From NCBI GenBank assembly GCA_050251945.1, contig JBFWLW010000003.1:256001-320000 (forward strand): DNA of 64,000 nucleotides, written 5' to 3'. The position numbers were made by a program, and so were the translations under genes. Shown in pieces: positions 1-14,700 of the stretch (position 1 is its first letter; every line of letters begins with the position of its first letter). This DNA comes from Deferribacterales bacterium (GTDB lineage: Bacteria; Chrysiogenota; Deferribacteres; Deferribacterales; Geovibrionaceae). A model generated the notes under the pieces. The model had not been told where the DNA came from. It did not search any database and worked only from the letters and a program-made list of their open reading frames with translations.

Positions 1-187
1 TGTTGTGTTCGACATACCCGAGCATTTCCAGTGTCGCGAGGAGCTTGTTGACATTGCTTCTGGTGAGGTTCAGCGTAGACACCACGTCTGTTATACTGAG
101 TTCATTGTCGCTGTCGCCAAGAAGTTCCAGTATATCAATGGCATTGCTCACCGCCTGCACAGCATATTCAGATTTTTCCCTTTTCAT
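1..187 (-). CDS. IclR family transcriptional regulator (5' part; runs off window start)
   Basis: Manual translation of the minus strand from ATG at 187 gives MKREKSEYAVQAVSNAIDILELLGDSDNELSITDVVSTLNLTRSNVNKLLATLEMLGYVEHN, a typical IclR N-terminal wHTH. GGAG upstream. Not in the ORF track. Confidence 0.85.
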   Translation of the reverse strand, partial: MKREKSEYAVQAVSNAIDILELLGDSDNELSITDVVSTLNLTRSNVNKLLATLEMLGYVEHN

Positions 188-297
188 CCCTGTCTCCGTA
201 TGCTTTCTGCATAACATTGTACTATTTTACGACTATATTTATCTTTGCAAATAAATACAGCTTCGTCAACACAATCTTTTACTATATATATGTATGA

Positions 298-1524
298 CTA
301 CAGGGCAAACTTCTCAGTATAGTCATAGCTTTCCAACATCACTTTGTTGAACTCCTCAAAACTTATCTGCAGCAAACCGAAACAGTCCGCTATCTCGCAT
401 ACATCGTCGCTTTCATAGCATTTAACGGTTTTGAGCAGCAATCCCAGATCTCCCTCCTGTTTTGTAACGGCAATCTTAACCTCCTCGTCTACGTTAAACT
501 CCTTTACGACATCATTTATCTCTCTGTTGAATATAACGTCCAGCAGAGACATAAGCCCGACCAGATAAGCGCTGTCCGCTTTTTTCTTGATCCTTGGGCT
601 GACCTGACATAAGCGCTCCATTGTCTTTGCACGAACCTGCGCCGTTATAAGCACCGGATTGCTCTGACTGTCGTTGTTGGGACCCGCATAGAGTATAAGA
701 TACAGCCACTTCGTCAGATTCACCCGCCCAAGCATTGCCATTGCATGTTTTATTGAAGTTATAACACCCCGGGTGAAAAACGCAGAGGAATTCATAAATT
801 TGAGCAAATTGAGATAGAGATCGGGATAGCTTTTTATCACCTTCTCAAGCTCGTTGGGTTCCGCATCACCTCTGAGCATGTTGATAAGCTGTATTGTAGC
901 GGCTCTCGAAGGATCCACTGATTTTTGAGAGATCACCACAGGCTTTGCGAAGTAGTAGCCCTGAAACAGGTTGAAGCCCATTTTTTGACAGCTTTCGTAC
1001 TCTTCGCGTGTTTCGACTTTTTCCGCCAGCTTTTTAGCCTTCGTACCAGAAAGCGCTCTAAGGTTTTGTTCCAGACTGGTCTTGTCTGAAAGCATGTAGT
1101 CGACTTTTATATAATCGACAATGGGAAAAAGCTCTTCAAACGTACTCATATAATTCTGCGTGAAATCCACGTCATCAAGGGCGAACTTATATCCTTTGCC
1201 GATATAGTAGCGTATCTTATCCAAAAGCTTGCGGCTCACCACTGTCGATTCAAGTATCTCAATGACAAAACTCTCTTTTGGCAAAAGGTCTATCGCACCG
1301 TCAAGAATTGTGCTTTCTTCGGCGTTTATGAATCCCTTTTTTCCTCCGAGCAGTTTTTCAAGCCCGAAGTTCTGCATCGCGTTTATGAGAACTCTTGCGG
1401 TTGCAGCCGCATTGTCCGTTACAGAAGCCCCTGTATGCCCCTGACTTCTGTAAAGGATCTCATACGCGAAGATAAGCCCTTTTTCATCAAGGATGGGCTG
1501 TCTTCCTATATAAAAATCACTCAT
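298..1524 (-). CDS. EAL and HDOD domain protein (YuxH/CdgJ-like c-di-GMP phosphodiesterase)
   Basis: N-terminal RQPI..YEILYR, ALDD, IKVD, AEKVET and QGYYF EAL motifs; C-terminal HDOD helices (LLKFMNS, SIKHAMAMLG, AYLVGLMSLLD). Confidence 0.9.
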   Translation of the reverse strand: MSDFYIGRQPILDEKGLIFAYEILYRSQGHTGASVTDNAAATARVLINAMQNFGLEKLLGGKKGFINAEESTILDGAIDLLPKESFVIEILESTVVSRKLLDKIRYYIGKGYKFALDDVDFTQNYMSTFEELFPIVDYIKVDYMLSDKTSLEQNLRALSGTKAKKLAEKVETREEYESCQKMGFNLFQGYYFAKPVVISQKSVDPSRAATIQLINMLRGDAEPNELEKVIKSYPDLYLNLLKFMNSSAFFTRGVITSIKHAMAMLGRVNLTKWLYLILYAGPNNDSQSNPVLITAQVRAKTMERLCQVSPRIKKKADSAYLVGLMSLLDVIFNREINDVVKEFNVDEEVKIAVTKQEGDLGLLLKTVKCYESDDVCEIADCFGLLQISFEEFNKVMLESYDYTEKFAL

Positions 1525-1643
1525 CTCGTCTCCTTTCTTGTGTATATGTTATAAAAGACGGATTTACCACATTTAAGTTAAAATCTTAGTTGTGCGTTTT
1601 CACACTAATATTGTACTATATTACCACTTTTGGGAGGTATTTT

Positions 1644-2711
1644 ATGTCATCAGATGTATTTTTTTCATCAATTGATAGTAAAAAGCACAAAAGCCCGCTT
1701 ATGAAAATTTCTAAGCTATTAAGCAAATGCGACCCAAACAACTATTTTACAAAAGGCGATCTTATTGCTGTCAAAACACATTTCGGGGAATATGGAAACA
1801 CAGCATTTATACGTCCCGTATTCCTTCGCCCTGTGCTGGATATTTTAAACCATCTCGGAACAAAGCCGTTCCTTACGGACACTAACACACTTTACGTCGG
1901 TATGCGCACGAATTCCATAGACCATCTGCACAATGCCACCATGAACGGTTTTAATTATTCTACTCTCCAAACCCCTGTAATAATTGCGGACGGATTGAGG
2001 GGCGATAACTCTGTGGAAGTGCCTGTAAAAGGGGAGCTTCTTTCAGAGGTGATGCTTGCCGCTGAAATAGCCTCCGCAGACGGCATGATGGTTGTATCAC
2101 ACTTCAAAGGGCATGAGGTTTCAGGATTCGGCGGAGCAATAAAGAATATCTCAATGGGATGCGCCTGCCGAAAAGGGAAACTTGATATGCATTCCGATTC
2201 ACACCCTTCGGTTGATCAGGAAACATGCACGTCCTGCGGACGCTGCCTGACCTTCTGTGCTTCAAATGCCATAACTATGAGCCCCAAAGCATTCATCACA
2301 GAAAAATGCACCGGATGCGCCATGTGTATAAGCGTGTGTCCCCATACTGCTATAAAGATAAACTGGAACGCTTCTTCAGCGACCACGCAGAAAAAGATGG
2401 CAGAATACGCCGCCGGAGTTTTCAATGCGCTTGACAGAAAACTTATTTTCCTCAGCATCATCCTGTCGGTTTCACCAGCATGCGACTGTTACCCCGGCAA
2501 CGACAGACCAGTGGTCGCGGATATCGGTTTTGCTGCCTCTGCAGACCCAGTGGCTCTGGATAAAGCGTGTCATGATCTCGTTATTAAGGCTTACGGCGGG
2601 AAAGACCCGTTTAAGGAGAAATATCCGGATGTTGATTCTGCAGTGCAGCTTGCCCATGCCGAAAAACTTGGCATAGGCACAGCCGACTACAGACTTATAG
2701 AAGTGGATTAA
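1644..2711 (+). CDS. DUF362 family Fe-S protein with 2x[4Fe-4S] ferredoxin domain
   Basis: AVKTHFGE, SHFKGH, GGAIKN, two CxxCxxCxxxC motifs, CDC and DPVALD. Start moved to ATG 1644 after GGGAGG. Confidence 0.88.
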   Translation: MSSDVFFSSIDSKKHKSPLMKISKLLSKCDPNNYFTKGDLIAVKTHFGEYGNTAFIRPVFLRPVLDILNHLGTKPFLTDTNTLYVGMRTNSIDHLHNATMNGFNYSTLQTPVIIADGLRGDNSVEVPVKGELLSEVMLAAEIASADGMMVVSHFKGHEVSGFGGAIKNISMGCACRKGKLDMHSDSHPSVDQETCTSCGRCLTFCASNAITMSPKAFITEKCTGCAMCISVCPHTAIKINWNASSATTQKKMAEYAAGVFNALDRKLIFLSIILSVSPACDCYPGNDRPVVADIGFAASADPVALDKACHDLVIKAYGGKDPFKEKYPDVDSAVQLAHAEKLGIGTADYRLIEVD

Positions 2712-4249
2712 TTTTCAATCTTAGTGAGCTTACCGCCTCCTATGATGCGGTAGGCTCTGCTTTCTCTTTTAATTCCGTCAGCGGTCTCTCTTATGTTTAA
2801 AAGATATGTTCCGCTGCCGCCGACTTTTCTTTTTTCTATGAATTGTATAAAGTCGTGTCCGATGAAATCGCTCATTGACGCAGGCTTGTTGAAATCTTTT
2901 GCAAATACTGATGCAAACTCTTCTGCCTCCGGCTGGTCTGTCAGTATCATATCACTGACAACGTATGTATTTTTTGAAAACTCACCGTACTCACCCGTAA
3001 GATATCTCTTGCTTACTGTGTCAACGGCGTTCACTATAATTGACTTGTCCGGTCTGGGCGAATAGTATCTCATAAAAGGAAGTATCTTAAGCACTTGCTC
3101 CTGAGTACCGCCTATGACATAAGAAAGGGGCTGTCCGCCTGTCTTCCCTTTAAACTCTTTAAGTCTGCCCTGATAATCCTTTTCCTGAACGTTGAAAAGC
3201 ATAAACTGTGCTCTGTCTTTGTATCTGTCTGCGATATCGGATGCTGTGTCTCTGTATCCCTCGCTGTAACCCAGAGCAATCACCTTTGCGCCCATGCTGA
3301 CTGCAATGTCGGCAGCTTTTGTCATATTTTCTTTTCTGTTGGACGAAAAGTCATATGTGCTGTTTCCTGCAGTTATAGTTGCCGCTCCTGCATCTATGAC
3401 ATAATCATAAAAGCCTCTGTCGCCTTTGAAATCAAGCTCAACGTTTATCTTCTGTTTGCTTATGGTATAAAGCATCGCTTCAACTATCTCCGGATTCTGG
3501 AAACTGTTCACAACGTTCACCACAACTTTTCCCTTGGTAAGAACAGGCTTAGACTGCTCTTTCACAGGTTCGGGTTTAGTTATCTCCGGTTCTGCCGCCG
3601 GCTCCGGTATTTTTTCCTCTCTGACTCTGGGAGCCATTGAAACTTCCGGCACCTCAGGTACTGCCGCAACAACAGGGGAGGGGACATGATTTTCCAATTT
3701 AGAAGTGGTCTTTACCACAGGCTGAAGATCAAAAACGCTTTCCGGTTTTTTCACTGTCTTTCTTTCAATACATTCTCTGACGTTTTCACTGTCAACAGGC
3801 AGTTTTTCCTGTGAGCAGTACAGGCGGTAAGCCTTCACAGCTTTATCATCCATCTCCTGTCCGCTAAGGTATTCTTTCTGAACAGCAGCAACTTCTTCAT
3901 CTTTGCTCTTCTTTGCAGCATCAAGCGTCCACAGGTGTGCGTTTATCTTCATAAACCTGTCAAAATAGCTGTCGTCCAGATTGTCCTGAAGCAGTTTATA
4001 CCCTTTTTCAAGCTCACCCTGTCTGACATAATACCGGCCGAGGATTACTCCGGCATTCTTTGCCGCTCCTGTGTCCTCACTGATAGTGAGTTCTTTAAGC
4101 TTCCAGACATCGGTTGCGTTCAGGTCTTTGATGGCGTAATACTCGCGATTGAAGATTATAAGTTCTCCTGCTGCGTATGCGCTAATAGAGCCTGCTGTCA
4201 TTATCAGCATTGTGAATAAGAGTATATGTCCTCTGAATCGGCGTGTCAT
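2708..4249 (-). CDS. Secreted hypothetical protein (helical N-domain, Pro/Glu linker, periplasmic-binding-fold-like C-domain; LpoA-like architecture)
   Basis: Signal-peptide-like start (MTRRFRGHILLFTMLIMTAGSISAYA), PE/VP-rich linker, C-terminus with F..DFNKPA..DFIGHD. Start codon uncertain. Confidence 0.55.
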   Translation of the reverse strand: MTRRFRGHILLFTMLIMTAGSISAYAAGELIIFNREYYAIKDLNATDVWKLKELTISEDTGAAKNAGVILGRYYVRQGELEKGYKLLQDNLDDSYFDRFMKINAHLWTLDAAKKSKDEEVAAVQKEYLSGQEMDDKAVKAYRLYCSQEKLPVDSENVRECIERKTVKKPESVFDLQPVVKTTSKLENHVPSPVVAAVPEVPEVSMAPRVREEKIPEPAAEPEITKPEPVKEQSKPVLTKGKVVVNVVNSFQNPEIVEAMLYTISKQKINVELDFKGDRGFYDYVIDAGAATITAGNSTYDFSSNRKENMTKAADIAVSMGAKVIALGYSEGYRDTASDIADRYKDRAQFMLFNVQEKDYQGRLKEFKGKTGGQPLSYVIGGTQEQVLKILPFMRYYSPRPDKSIIVNAVDTVSKRYLTGEYGEFSKNTYVVSDMILTDQPEAEEFASVFAKDFNKPASMSDFIGHDFIQFIEKRKVGGSGTYLLNIRETADGIKRESRAYRIIGGGKLTKIEN

Positions 4250-4799
4250 ATCTGACATTTTCCCACTCCAAATGTTTTTTCACTATGGTTATCTTTGATG
4301 CAAACAGTTCCGCCTCTGCATTCTCACCTTTGTAAAGAACCCAGACGCTGCGCTTGTCCGCAAGATTTTCTGTGAATTTAAGTATTTCAGCAGTCTTCGC
4401 CACTCCCCGCGAGAGGATTGTAGCAAATTTTCTGTTCTTTATATTTTCGGCACGAGAGGTAATAACTTCAACATTATCAAGTTCAAGTTCCTTTGCCGCT
4501 TCTTCTACGAATTTACATTTCTTTGCTATGCTGTCCACAAGAGTGAATTTTATGTCTGGGAACATTATAGCTAGAATAATTCCCGGAAAACCTCCGCCTG
4601 TTCCGATATCGCAGACCGGTGATTTCAGAAGTTTCTTTCTTTCAGTGAAAAGCAGAAAACTGTCAAGGACATGCTTTCTGTAAAAATCATCTTTATCCTT
4701 TATTGCTGTGACGTTCAGTACGGCATTGGCATGTATCTCATAGAATTGTTCTATCTTCTTAAGTTGTTCATGGGTGAACGGAAAATACTGTTCTATCAT
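4182..4799 (-). CDS. rsmG: 16S rRNA m7G527 methyltransferase
   Basis: NVTAI, KHVLDS, DIGTGGGFPG, LVDSIAKK and SRAE motifs; directly downstream of mnmG. Confidence 0.95.
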   Translation of the reverse strand: MIEQYFPFTHEQLKKIEQFYEIHANAVLNVTAIKDKDDFYRKHVLDSFLLFTERKKLLKSPVCDIGTGGGFPGIILAIMFPDIKFTLVDSIAKKCKFVEEAAKELELDNVEVITSRAENIKNRKFATILSRGVAKTAEILKFTENLADKRSVWVLYKGENAEAELFASKITIVKKHLEWENVRYDTPIQRTYTLIHNADNDSRLY

Positions 4800-6655
4800 T
4801 TTTTCCCCATAATATAAATGTGCAGAAGAGAAACCGCAGCAGGGGTCATCCCCTGTATCCGTCCAGCCTGCCCAAGAGTTTCGGGACGAATAGCTTTCAG
4901 CTTGTCCTTATATTCTTTCCGCAAACCCTGTATGCTGTCGAAATCCATATCATCCGGTATGCGTATCTTCTCTATCCTGTCAAACTTGTCAATCTCTTCC
5001 TGCTGTTTATCCAGATAACCCTCATATTTAACGGCTATTTCAACCTGTTCCGCAACCCGTGCGTTGTCAGTTCCGCCGTAAAGGACTTTCAGCTTTTCAT
5101 AATCCATTTCGGGGCGGCGCAGGAGTTCTTTAGCTGTTACACCTGTTCTCACCTGAAATCCAAACTGTTCGAGTATACTGTTTGTCTCTTTATTGGGGTT
5201 AACATTTATCTTGCTTATGCGGTCAAAATCCTGCTCAAACTCGGCTTTCTCCGCATGAAACCTGTCATATCTCGTTTTACTGATAAGCCCTAGGGCGTAT
5301 CCCTTCTCAATGAGCCTGAATTCTGCATTGTCTTCTCTAAGCCACAGTCTGTATTCCGCTCTGGAACTGAACATTCTGTAGGGTTCGTCAACTCCCTTAT
5401 TCACAAGGTCGTCACACATAACCCCTATATAGCTTTCATTTCTTTGCAAAATCATCGGCTCTTTGCTGTCAAGCGCCAGTACAGCGTTTATCCCCGCCAC
5501 AAGCCCCTGAGCCGCCGCTTCCTCATATCCGCTGGTTCCGTTAATCTGACCTGCAAAATACAAACCGCTTATAAGTTTCGTTTCCAGTGTGGGTTTAAGC
5601 GCAGTGGGTTGTACAAAATCATATTCAATCGCGTACGCAGGGCGGACGAACTCAACGTTCTCAAGACCCTCAACACTCCTGTACATTGCGATCTGAACAT
5701 CAATGGGGAGTGATGATGAAAAACCGTTTGCATACCATTCTTTTGAACGAAGACCTTCCGGCTCAAGAAAGATCTGATGCCTTGTCTTTTCGGGGAATTT
5801 TTTAACCTTATCCTCTATTGAAGGGCAGTATCTGGGACCGACACCCTGAATAATACCTGCATACAGAGGCGAGCGGTGCATATTGTTACGGATAATTTCG
5901 TGTGTTCTCTCATTAGTATATGTTATGTAGCAGGGAACCTGCGGAAGCTTTATCTTTTTTGTCTCAAAAGAGAAGGGAAGGGGAGGATTATCGCCGCCCT
6001 GTGCCTCAAGTTTTGAGAAATCTATCGTCGAAAAATCCAGTCTGGCAGGTGTTCCCGTTTTAAGTCTTTTCGTTTCAAAACCAAGTCTGTGCAGTGAATA
6101 TACCAACTCAACCGAGGCAAATTCATTCATTCTTCCGGCTTCATAGTGCTTGTCGCCGATATGTATGAGACCTTTCAGAAAAGTTCCTGTGGTAAGAACA
6201 ACTTTTTCAGACCGGTATAGCATCCCGGTATCACTGATAACACCAATTACCTTACCGTTTTCGGCGGAAACCTCATGAACAAGCCCTTGTTTCAAGTCAA
6301 GCATTGGCTCCTGCATTATAACTTCCAGCATACGCTGGCGATAAAGTTCTTTATCTGCCTGCGCTCGGCTGCTGCGAACAGCGGGACCCTTTTTCATATT
6401 AAGAACACGAAACTGAATACCGGTTTCATCCGTATTCTTTGCCATCTCTCCGCCGAGAGCGTCGATATCTTTAACGATATTGCCTTTAGCCAAACCGCCA
6501 ATGGCAGGATTACAGCTCATCTGCGCCAAAGATTCCACAGAAATTGTAAACAGCAGTGTTTTCGCACCCATTCTGGCAGATGCTAAAGCTGCTTCACATC
6601 CTGCATGCCCTGCGCCTACAACTATCACGTCGTATTTTTTGTCATAAACCAACAT
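4796..6655 (-). CDS. mnmG: tRNA uridine-34 5-carboxymethylaminomethyl modification enzyme (GidA)
   Basis: VVGAGHAGCEAA, MSCNPAIGG, KTGTPAR, GPRYCPSIEDK, GQINGTSGYEEAA. Start set to ATG 6655. Confidence 0.98.
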   Translation of the reverse strand: MLVYDKKYDVIVVGAGHAGCEAALASARMGAKTLLFTISVESLAQMSCNPAIGGLAKGNIVKDIDALGGEMAKNTDETGIQFRVLNMKKGPAVRSSRAQADKELYRQRMLEVIMQEPMLDLKQGLVHEVSAENGKVIGVISDTGMLYRSEKVVLTTGTFLKGLIHIGDKHYEAGRMNEFASVELVYSLHRLGFETKRLKTGTPARLDFSTIDFSKLEAQGGDNPPLPFSFETKKIKLPQVPCYITYTNERTHEIIRNNMHRSPLYAGIIQGVGPRYCPSIEDKVKKFPEKTRHQIFLEPEGLRSKEWYANGFSSSLPIDVQIAMYRSVEGLENVEFVRPAYAIEYDFVQPTALKPTLETKLISGLYFAGQINGTSGYEEAAAQGLVAGINAVLALDSKEPMILQRNESYIGVMCDDLVNKGVDEPYRMFSSRAEYRLWLREDNAEFRLIEKGYALGLISKTRYDRFHAEKAEFEQDFDRISKINVNPNKETNSILEQFGFQVRTGVTAKELLRRPEMDYEKLKVLYGGTDNARVAEQVEIAVKYEGYLDKQQEEIDKFDRIEKIRIPDDMDFDSIQGLRKEYKDKLKAIRPETLGQAGRIQGMTPAAVSLLHIYIMGKK

Positions 6656-6674
6656 TATCCACCACAAGAAGCCG

Positions 6675-6692
6675 ATGTTTCACGTGAAACAT
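6675..6692. promoter_or_regulatory. parS: parS centromere site (perfect consensus)
   Basis: ATGTTTCACGTGAAACAT is an 18-bp perfect palindrome containing the ParB-binding consensus TGTTTCACGTGAAACA (6676-6691), in the mnmE-mnmG gap. Confidence 0.95.
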
Positions 6693-6697
6693 TCAAC

Positions 6698-6706
6698 TTA
6701 TCCACA
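6698..6706 (+). promoter_or_regulatory. Perfect DnaA box
   Basis: TTATCCACA, 6 bp from the 16-bp parS core. Confidence 0.7.
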
Positions 6707-8029
6707 TTATTTTCCAATGCAAAAGTTATTGAAGATATTGGTAAGAATATCTTCCGTGTATGAAAGCCCCGTGATCTCCGACAGGAGACGCATGGAGCTG
6801 TTAAGTTCATATTCAAAGATGTCAAAATCTATTTCAGGCTCGTCAGACAGCTTTTCAACAGTGTCCAGAATCTTTAAAAAATATCCGCGCTGTCTTGCTG
6901 TAACCATCACAGCCTTGCCAAATCTGTCCGCATCTGCGATACTGACGGCATACCCACACATTTTCATAAGTTCTGTCATGCCGGAACCGTCTTTTACAGA
7001 TACCAGACAATCATACTTAACATCATTAACAAGGAGAGGGCAGTCCGACTTATTAACAACAACCAGCCTCTTAAGCCCTTTCGTGCTTTCAAGGACGCGT
7101 TTATCTTCATCATCAAGAGGGGACGACCCGTCCAAAAGGACAAGAACAAGGTCTGCATCCTTAATAACCTCGCCTGTCCGCTCAATGCCTGCCTTTTCAA
7201 CAGCATCGGAAGTCACGCGAAGCCCGGCAGTGTCTACAAGGCTGACCGGAACACCGTTCAGCACAAAGCTTGATTCAATATAATCCCTCGTAGTACCCGC
7301 AACATCTGAAACTATCGCCCGTTCCTCTTTCAACAGGAAATTCATCAGAGACGATTTCCCTGTATTAGGCTTCCCAGCGATAGCAATACGGTATCCGTCG
7401 CGCATTATCCTGTGACTGTCGTATGATTCCAGTATAGCTGACAATTCCGCTTTCAAAAGCTCAAGGTTTTCAAAGACGATCCTTGCATGGGCATCTTCGA
7501 TGTCCTCTTCAGGAAAGTCTATATGAGCCTCAATGATGGTCAATGCATTAATAAACAGGTCTTTTATATACTCTATCTCTTTACGCATCGACCCTTTAAG
7601 CTGTTCATAGGAATAGTTTATTCCCTGTAAAGTCTTTGAGGAGATCAGTTCTGCAACGGATTCTGCCTGTGTCAGATCCATTTTACCGTTCAGGAAAGCT
7701 CTTTTGGTAAACTCTCCGGGTTCGGCTGTCACAAAACCAAGCTTTTCAAAATCCTTAAAAGCTGATGAGACTATTATAGGATTACCGTGAAAGGATATTT
7801 CTACAACATCCTCTCCTGTGTAAGAATTAGGAGCTTTGAAATATACAGCGAGGACATCGTCGGACACGCCGCCGTTATATTTGAGGTTATAAACATTACG
7901 GGGCTGGATGTTCTTCACATCCGCCCCGTGTAAAAGCTCAAAGACCTCTACGGCTTTATCCCCCGAGATCCGCACGACTATTATCGCTGAAGATATCAGC
8001 GGACTTATCGCCGCATAAATGGTGTCCAT
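6707..8029 (-). CDS. mnmE: tRNA modification GTPase
   Basis: MDTIYAAISP, SYTGEDVVE, GKPNTGKSS, GTTRD, DTAG, NKSD and C-terminal FCIGK. Confidence 0.97.
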   Translation of the reverse strand: MDTIYAAISPLISSAIIVVRISGDKAVEVFELLHGADVKNIQPRNVYNLKYNGGVSDDVLAVYFKAPNSYTGEDVVEISFHGNPIIVSSAFKDFEKLGFVTAEPGEFTKRAFLNGKMDLTQAESVAELISSKTLQGINYSYEQLKGSMRKEIEYIKDLFINALTIIEAHIDFPEEDIEDAHARIVFENLELLKAELSAILESYDSHRIMRDGYRIAIAGKPNTGKSSLMNFLLKEERAIVSDVAGTTRDYIESSFVLNGVPVSLVDTAGLRVTSDAVEKAGIERTGEVIKDADLVLVLLDGSSPLDDEDKRVLESTKGLKRLVVVNKSDCPLLVNDVKYDCLVSVKDGSGMTELMKMCGYAVSIADADRFGKAVMVTARQRGYFLKILDTVEKLSDEPEIDFDIFEYELNSSMRLLSEITGLSYTEDILTNIFNNFCIGK

Positions 8030-8033
8030 ATAA

Positions 8034-8879
8034 TTAGAGTGTAGCCTCAAATGATTTCATAGTGTTCGCAAGGAGCATCGCAATTGTCATGGGACCGACG
8101 CCGCCGGGAACAGGAGTGATGTAGCTTGCTTTTTTAGCCACTTCTTCGTATGCAACGTCACCTACAAGTTTATCATTCACTCTGTTAATGCCCACGTCGA
8201 TAACAACTGCGCCTTCTTTAACGAAATCAGCGGTAACAAACTCAGGTTTGCCGATGGCAGCGACAACGATGTCCGCCTGACGGCAGATTCCTGCGATATC
8301 TTTTGTTTTAGAGTGACAAATGGTCACAGTGCAGTTCGCTTTAATAAGCAGTGACGCCATGGGTTTACCCACGATGTTGCTTCTGCCGATAACAACTGCA
8401 TTTTTGCCGCTTGTCTCAATACCGTATTCCTCGAAGAACTTCATGCAACCGTAAGGAGTACAGGGATAAAGAGTCTCCTCGCCGATATTCATAAGTCCAA
8501 CGTTAAAAGGGTGGAAGCCGTCCACATCCTTTTCAGGTTTTATGGCATAGAGAACTTTGTGTTCGTCTATCTGTTTCGGCAGCGGAAGCTGAACAAGGAT
8601 ACCGTTGATTGTATCGTCGTTGTTATACCCGTTCACCACAGCCAAAAGTTCTTCTGTCGTGGTTTCAGCGGGCATCCTGTTAACAATTGACTTATAGCCT
8701 GCCTCATCACACGCTTTATCCTTCATTCTGACATAGACCTGACTCGCAGGGTCTTCACCCACGAGAACGACGGCAAGTCCGGGAACTCTGCCCGTTTTTG
8801 CCTTATGAGCGTCAACCTTCTGTTTCAGCTCCGCTCTCACCTTCGCTGCCAGTATCTTCCCGTCCATCGATATTGCCAT
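8034..8879 (-). CDS. folD: Bifunctional methylenetetrahydrofolate dehydrogenase/cyclohydrolase
   Basis: [42 protein letters not shown]. Confidence 0.97.
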   Translation of the reverse strand: MAISMDGKILAAKVRAELKQKVDAHKAKTGRVPGLAVVLVGEDPASQVYVRMKDKACDEAGYKSIVNRMPAETTTEELLAVVNGYNNDDTINGILVQLPLPKQIDEHKVLYAIKPEKDVDGFHPFNVGLMNIGEETLYPCTPYGCMKFFEEYGIETSGKNAVVIGRSNIVGKPMASLLIKANCTVTICHSKTKDIAGICRQADIVVAAIGKPEFVTADFVKEGAVVIDVGINRVNDKLVGDVAYEEVAKKASYITPVPGGVGPMTIAMLLANTMKSFEATL

Positions 8880-11301
8880 TGTCCTGTCCCTCCTTAACAA
8901 CCGCAAAAGATATTATCTCGTTATCATCTTCGATATCCATCAGTTTAACGCCCATTGTGTCGCGTCCCATAGTGGATATGCCGGATACGTCTATTCTTAT
9001 AGTTTTGCCGGATTTTGTTATCAGCATGACCTCATCACCGGGGCAAACCTGTTTCGCACCGCAGACAAAGCCTGTTTTGGAACTTACTCTGCAAAGTTTA
9101 ATGCCTTTGCCGCCTCTTGTCTGAACTCTGTATTCCTCGCGTTCAGTAAGCTTTCCGTATCCTCCGGCTGTTACAGACAGAATATAGGGATCTCCGGTCA
9201 TAATTTCCATAGAAACAACGTAATCTCTAAGATCAAGTGTCATCCCTCTGACTCCGGTTGCGCTTCTGCCCATAGGACGGACGTCTTTTGATGAGAACTG
9301 AATGTTTTTACCGTCTCTGCTGGTAAAGATAACGTGATCTTCATCTGTTGTAATATCCGCGGATATTATTTCGTCGCCGTCACGCATTTTAATAGCTACT
9401 ATGCCGCTTCTTCCGCTTGAAAACTCTGCAAGGCTTGTCTTTTTCGCAACACCGTCTTTGGTAGCGAAGAAGAGGAACTTGCCTTCAACTTCGGTGGGCA
9501 GAGCAAGAACGCTTGCGATTTTCTCATCCGCTTCAAGAGTAAGCAGGTTGGATATGTGTCTTCCTTTCGCCTCTTTAAGAGCTTCGGGAAGGTTATATAC
9601 TTTCAGATAATGCACTTTGCCTGTGTTAGTAAAAAACATAAGGCGGGTGTGGTTACTTGTGACAATTATTCTTTCGATAAAGTCTTCGTCCTTGCTTCCG
9701 GCACCTGTTTTGCCTTTCCCGCCGCGTCTCTGGGAAGTAAAGGAGCTGAGGAGTGTCGACTTTATATAACCCTGATGGGTCATAGTGACAACTTTTTCAG
9801 TGTTGGGGATAAGGTCTTCATCTTCAAAGTCCTGAGCGTCGGCAGTTATTTCAGTGCGTCTTTCATCGCCGTACTTTGTTTTAACCTCGTCCAGTTCTTC
9901 TTTAATAAGCGACATCATAACGTGTCTGTTGCCAAGGATGCTTCTGAAATATTCAATATCTTTCAGTGTGTTGTGATATTCTTCCTGAAGCTTTTCAATT
10001 TCAAGACCCGTCAGTTTCTGCAGTCTCATCTCAAGGATTGACTGAGCCTGAATCTCGGAGAAATCGAATTTTTCACACAGGTTGCGTTTAGCGTCAGGTG
10101 TGTCTTTAGATGACTTGATGGTCTTGATAACTTCGTCGATATTCTCAACAGCTTTTATCAGACCTTCCAATATATGCAGTCTGTCTTCCGCCTTTTTGAG
10201 CAGGAATTTTGTTCTGCGGGTAACAACAGTGACCCTGTGAGCAATGAATTCCTGAAGGATGCGCATAAGAGAAAGCGTATGGGGCTTGCCGTCAACCAGC
10301 GCAACCATGTTGAAACCGAAAGAGGTCTGCATCTGAGTGAATTTATAAAGTCTGTTAAGAACCACGTCAGCGTTTTCACCTTTACGCAGTTCGATAACAA
10401 CCCTGATACCGTCTTTATCGGATTCATCACGCAGGTCTGTGATACCTGTTATTTTTTTATCATGAACAAGTTCCGCTATTTTTTCAATCATAGCAGCTTT
10501 GTTTACCTGATAGGGAATCTCACGAACGATGATAACAGGTTTACCCGTTTTAGTTTCTTCAATGAAAACCCTTGAACGGATGGTTATTGATCCGCGACCT
10601 GTTCTGTATGCGTTGAGGATGTCTTTCTTCCCCATAATGAGACCATAGGTCGGGAAGTCAGGTCCCTTAACGATATTAAGGATATCTTCTTCAGTATAGC
10701 CTTCATTATCAATCATATAATCAAGAGCTGTGATAACTTCCGTTATGTTGTGCGGAGGGATGTTCGTAGCCATACCAACCGCGATCCCGCTTGTACCGTT
10801 AATAAGCAAAGTAGGAACACGAGTGGGCAGAACAGTGGGTTCGTCAAGTGAGCCGTCGTAGTTCGGGGAAAAATCCACCGTGTCTTTATCAAGGTCTGAG
10901 AGCAGTTCATCAGATATTTTTGAAAGCCTGACCTCGGTATACCTCATAGCCGCCGCGCTGTCGCCGTCAACTGATCCGAAGTTACCCTGACCGTCGACAA
11001 GAGGATATCTCAGAGAGAAGTCCTGAGCCATACGAACCAGAGTGTCGTATACTGCGCTGTCGCCGTGCGGGTGATACTTACCGATAACGTCACCGACGAT
11101 ACGCGCTGACTTCTTATATGATTTATTGTATTCAACGCCCATTTCGCTCATAGAATAAAGCACACGGCGGTGAACAGGTTTCAGACCGTCGCGCACGTCC
11201 GGAAGCGCACGTCCGACGATAACGCTCATGGCGTAATCGAGGTAGCTGTTCTTTACGGATTCTTCAACGGTTATTCCGACAATTCTTTTTTTATCTTCCA
11301 T
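8812..11301 (-). CDS. gyrA: DNA gyrase subunit A
   Basis: [28 protein letters not shown], GyrA-box QRRGGKG, acidic tail. Confidence 0.98.
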   Translation of the reverse strand: MEDKKRIVGITVEESVKNSYLDYAMSVIVGRALPDVRDGLKPVHRRVLYSMSEMGVEYNKSYKKSARIVGDVIGKYHPHGDSAVYDTLVRMAQDFSLRYPLVDGQGNFGSVDGDSAAAMRYTEVRLSKISDELLSDLDKDTVDFSPNYDGSLDEPTVLPTRVPTLLINGTSGIAVGMATNIPPHNITEVITALDYMIDNEGYTEEDILNIVKGPDFPTYGLIMGKKDILNAYRTGRGSITIRSRVFIEETKTGKPVIIVREIPYQVNKAAMIEKIAELVHDKKITGITDLRDESDKDGIRVVIELRKGENADVVLNRLYKFTQMQTSFGFNMVALVDGKPHTLSLMRILQEFIAHRVTVVTRRTKFLLKKAEDRLHILEGLIKAVENIDEVIKTIKSSKDTPDAKRNLCEKFDFSEIQAQSILEMRLQKLTGLEIEKLQEEYHNTLKDIEYFRSILGNRHVMMSLIKEELDEVKTKYGDERRTEITADAQDFEDEDLIPNTEKVVTMTHQGYIKSTLLSSFTSQRRGGKGKTGAGSKDEDFIERIIVTSNHTRLMFFTNTGKVHYLKVYNLPEALKEAKGRHISNLLTLEADEKIASVLALPTEVEGKFLFFATKDGVAKKTSLAEFSSGRSGIVAIKMRDGDEIISADITTDEDHVIFTSRDGKNIQFSSKDVRPMGRSATGVRGMTLDLRDYVVSMEIMTGDPYILSVTAGGYGKLTEREEYRVQTRGGKGIKLCRVSSKTGFVCGAKQVCPGDEVMLITKSGKTIRIDVSGISTMGRDTMGVKLMDIEDDNEIISFAVVKEGQDNGNIDGREDTGSEGESGAETEG

Positions 11302-11309
11302 TAATACAC

Positions 11310-14699
<3,390 letters not shown>

Positions 14700-14700
<1 letters not shown>

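Noticed and set aside
3..254. Plus-strand ORFs of 83 and 69 aa
   Set aside because: Antisense to the IclR-family gene starting at 187.
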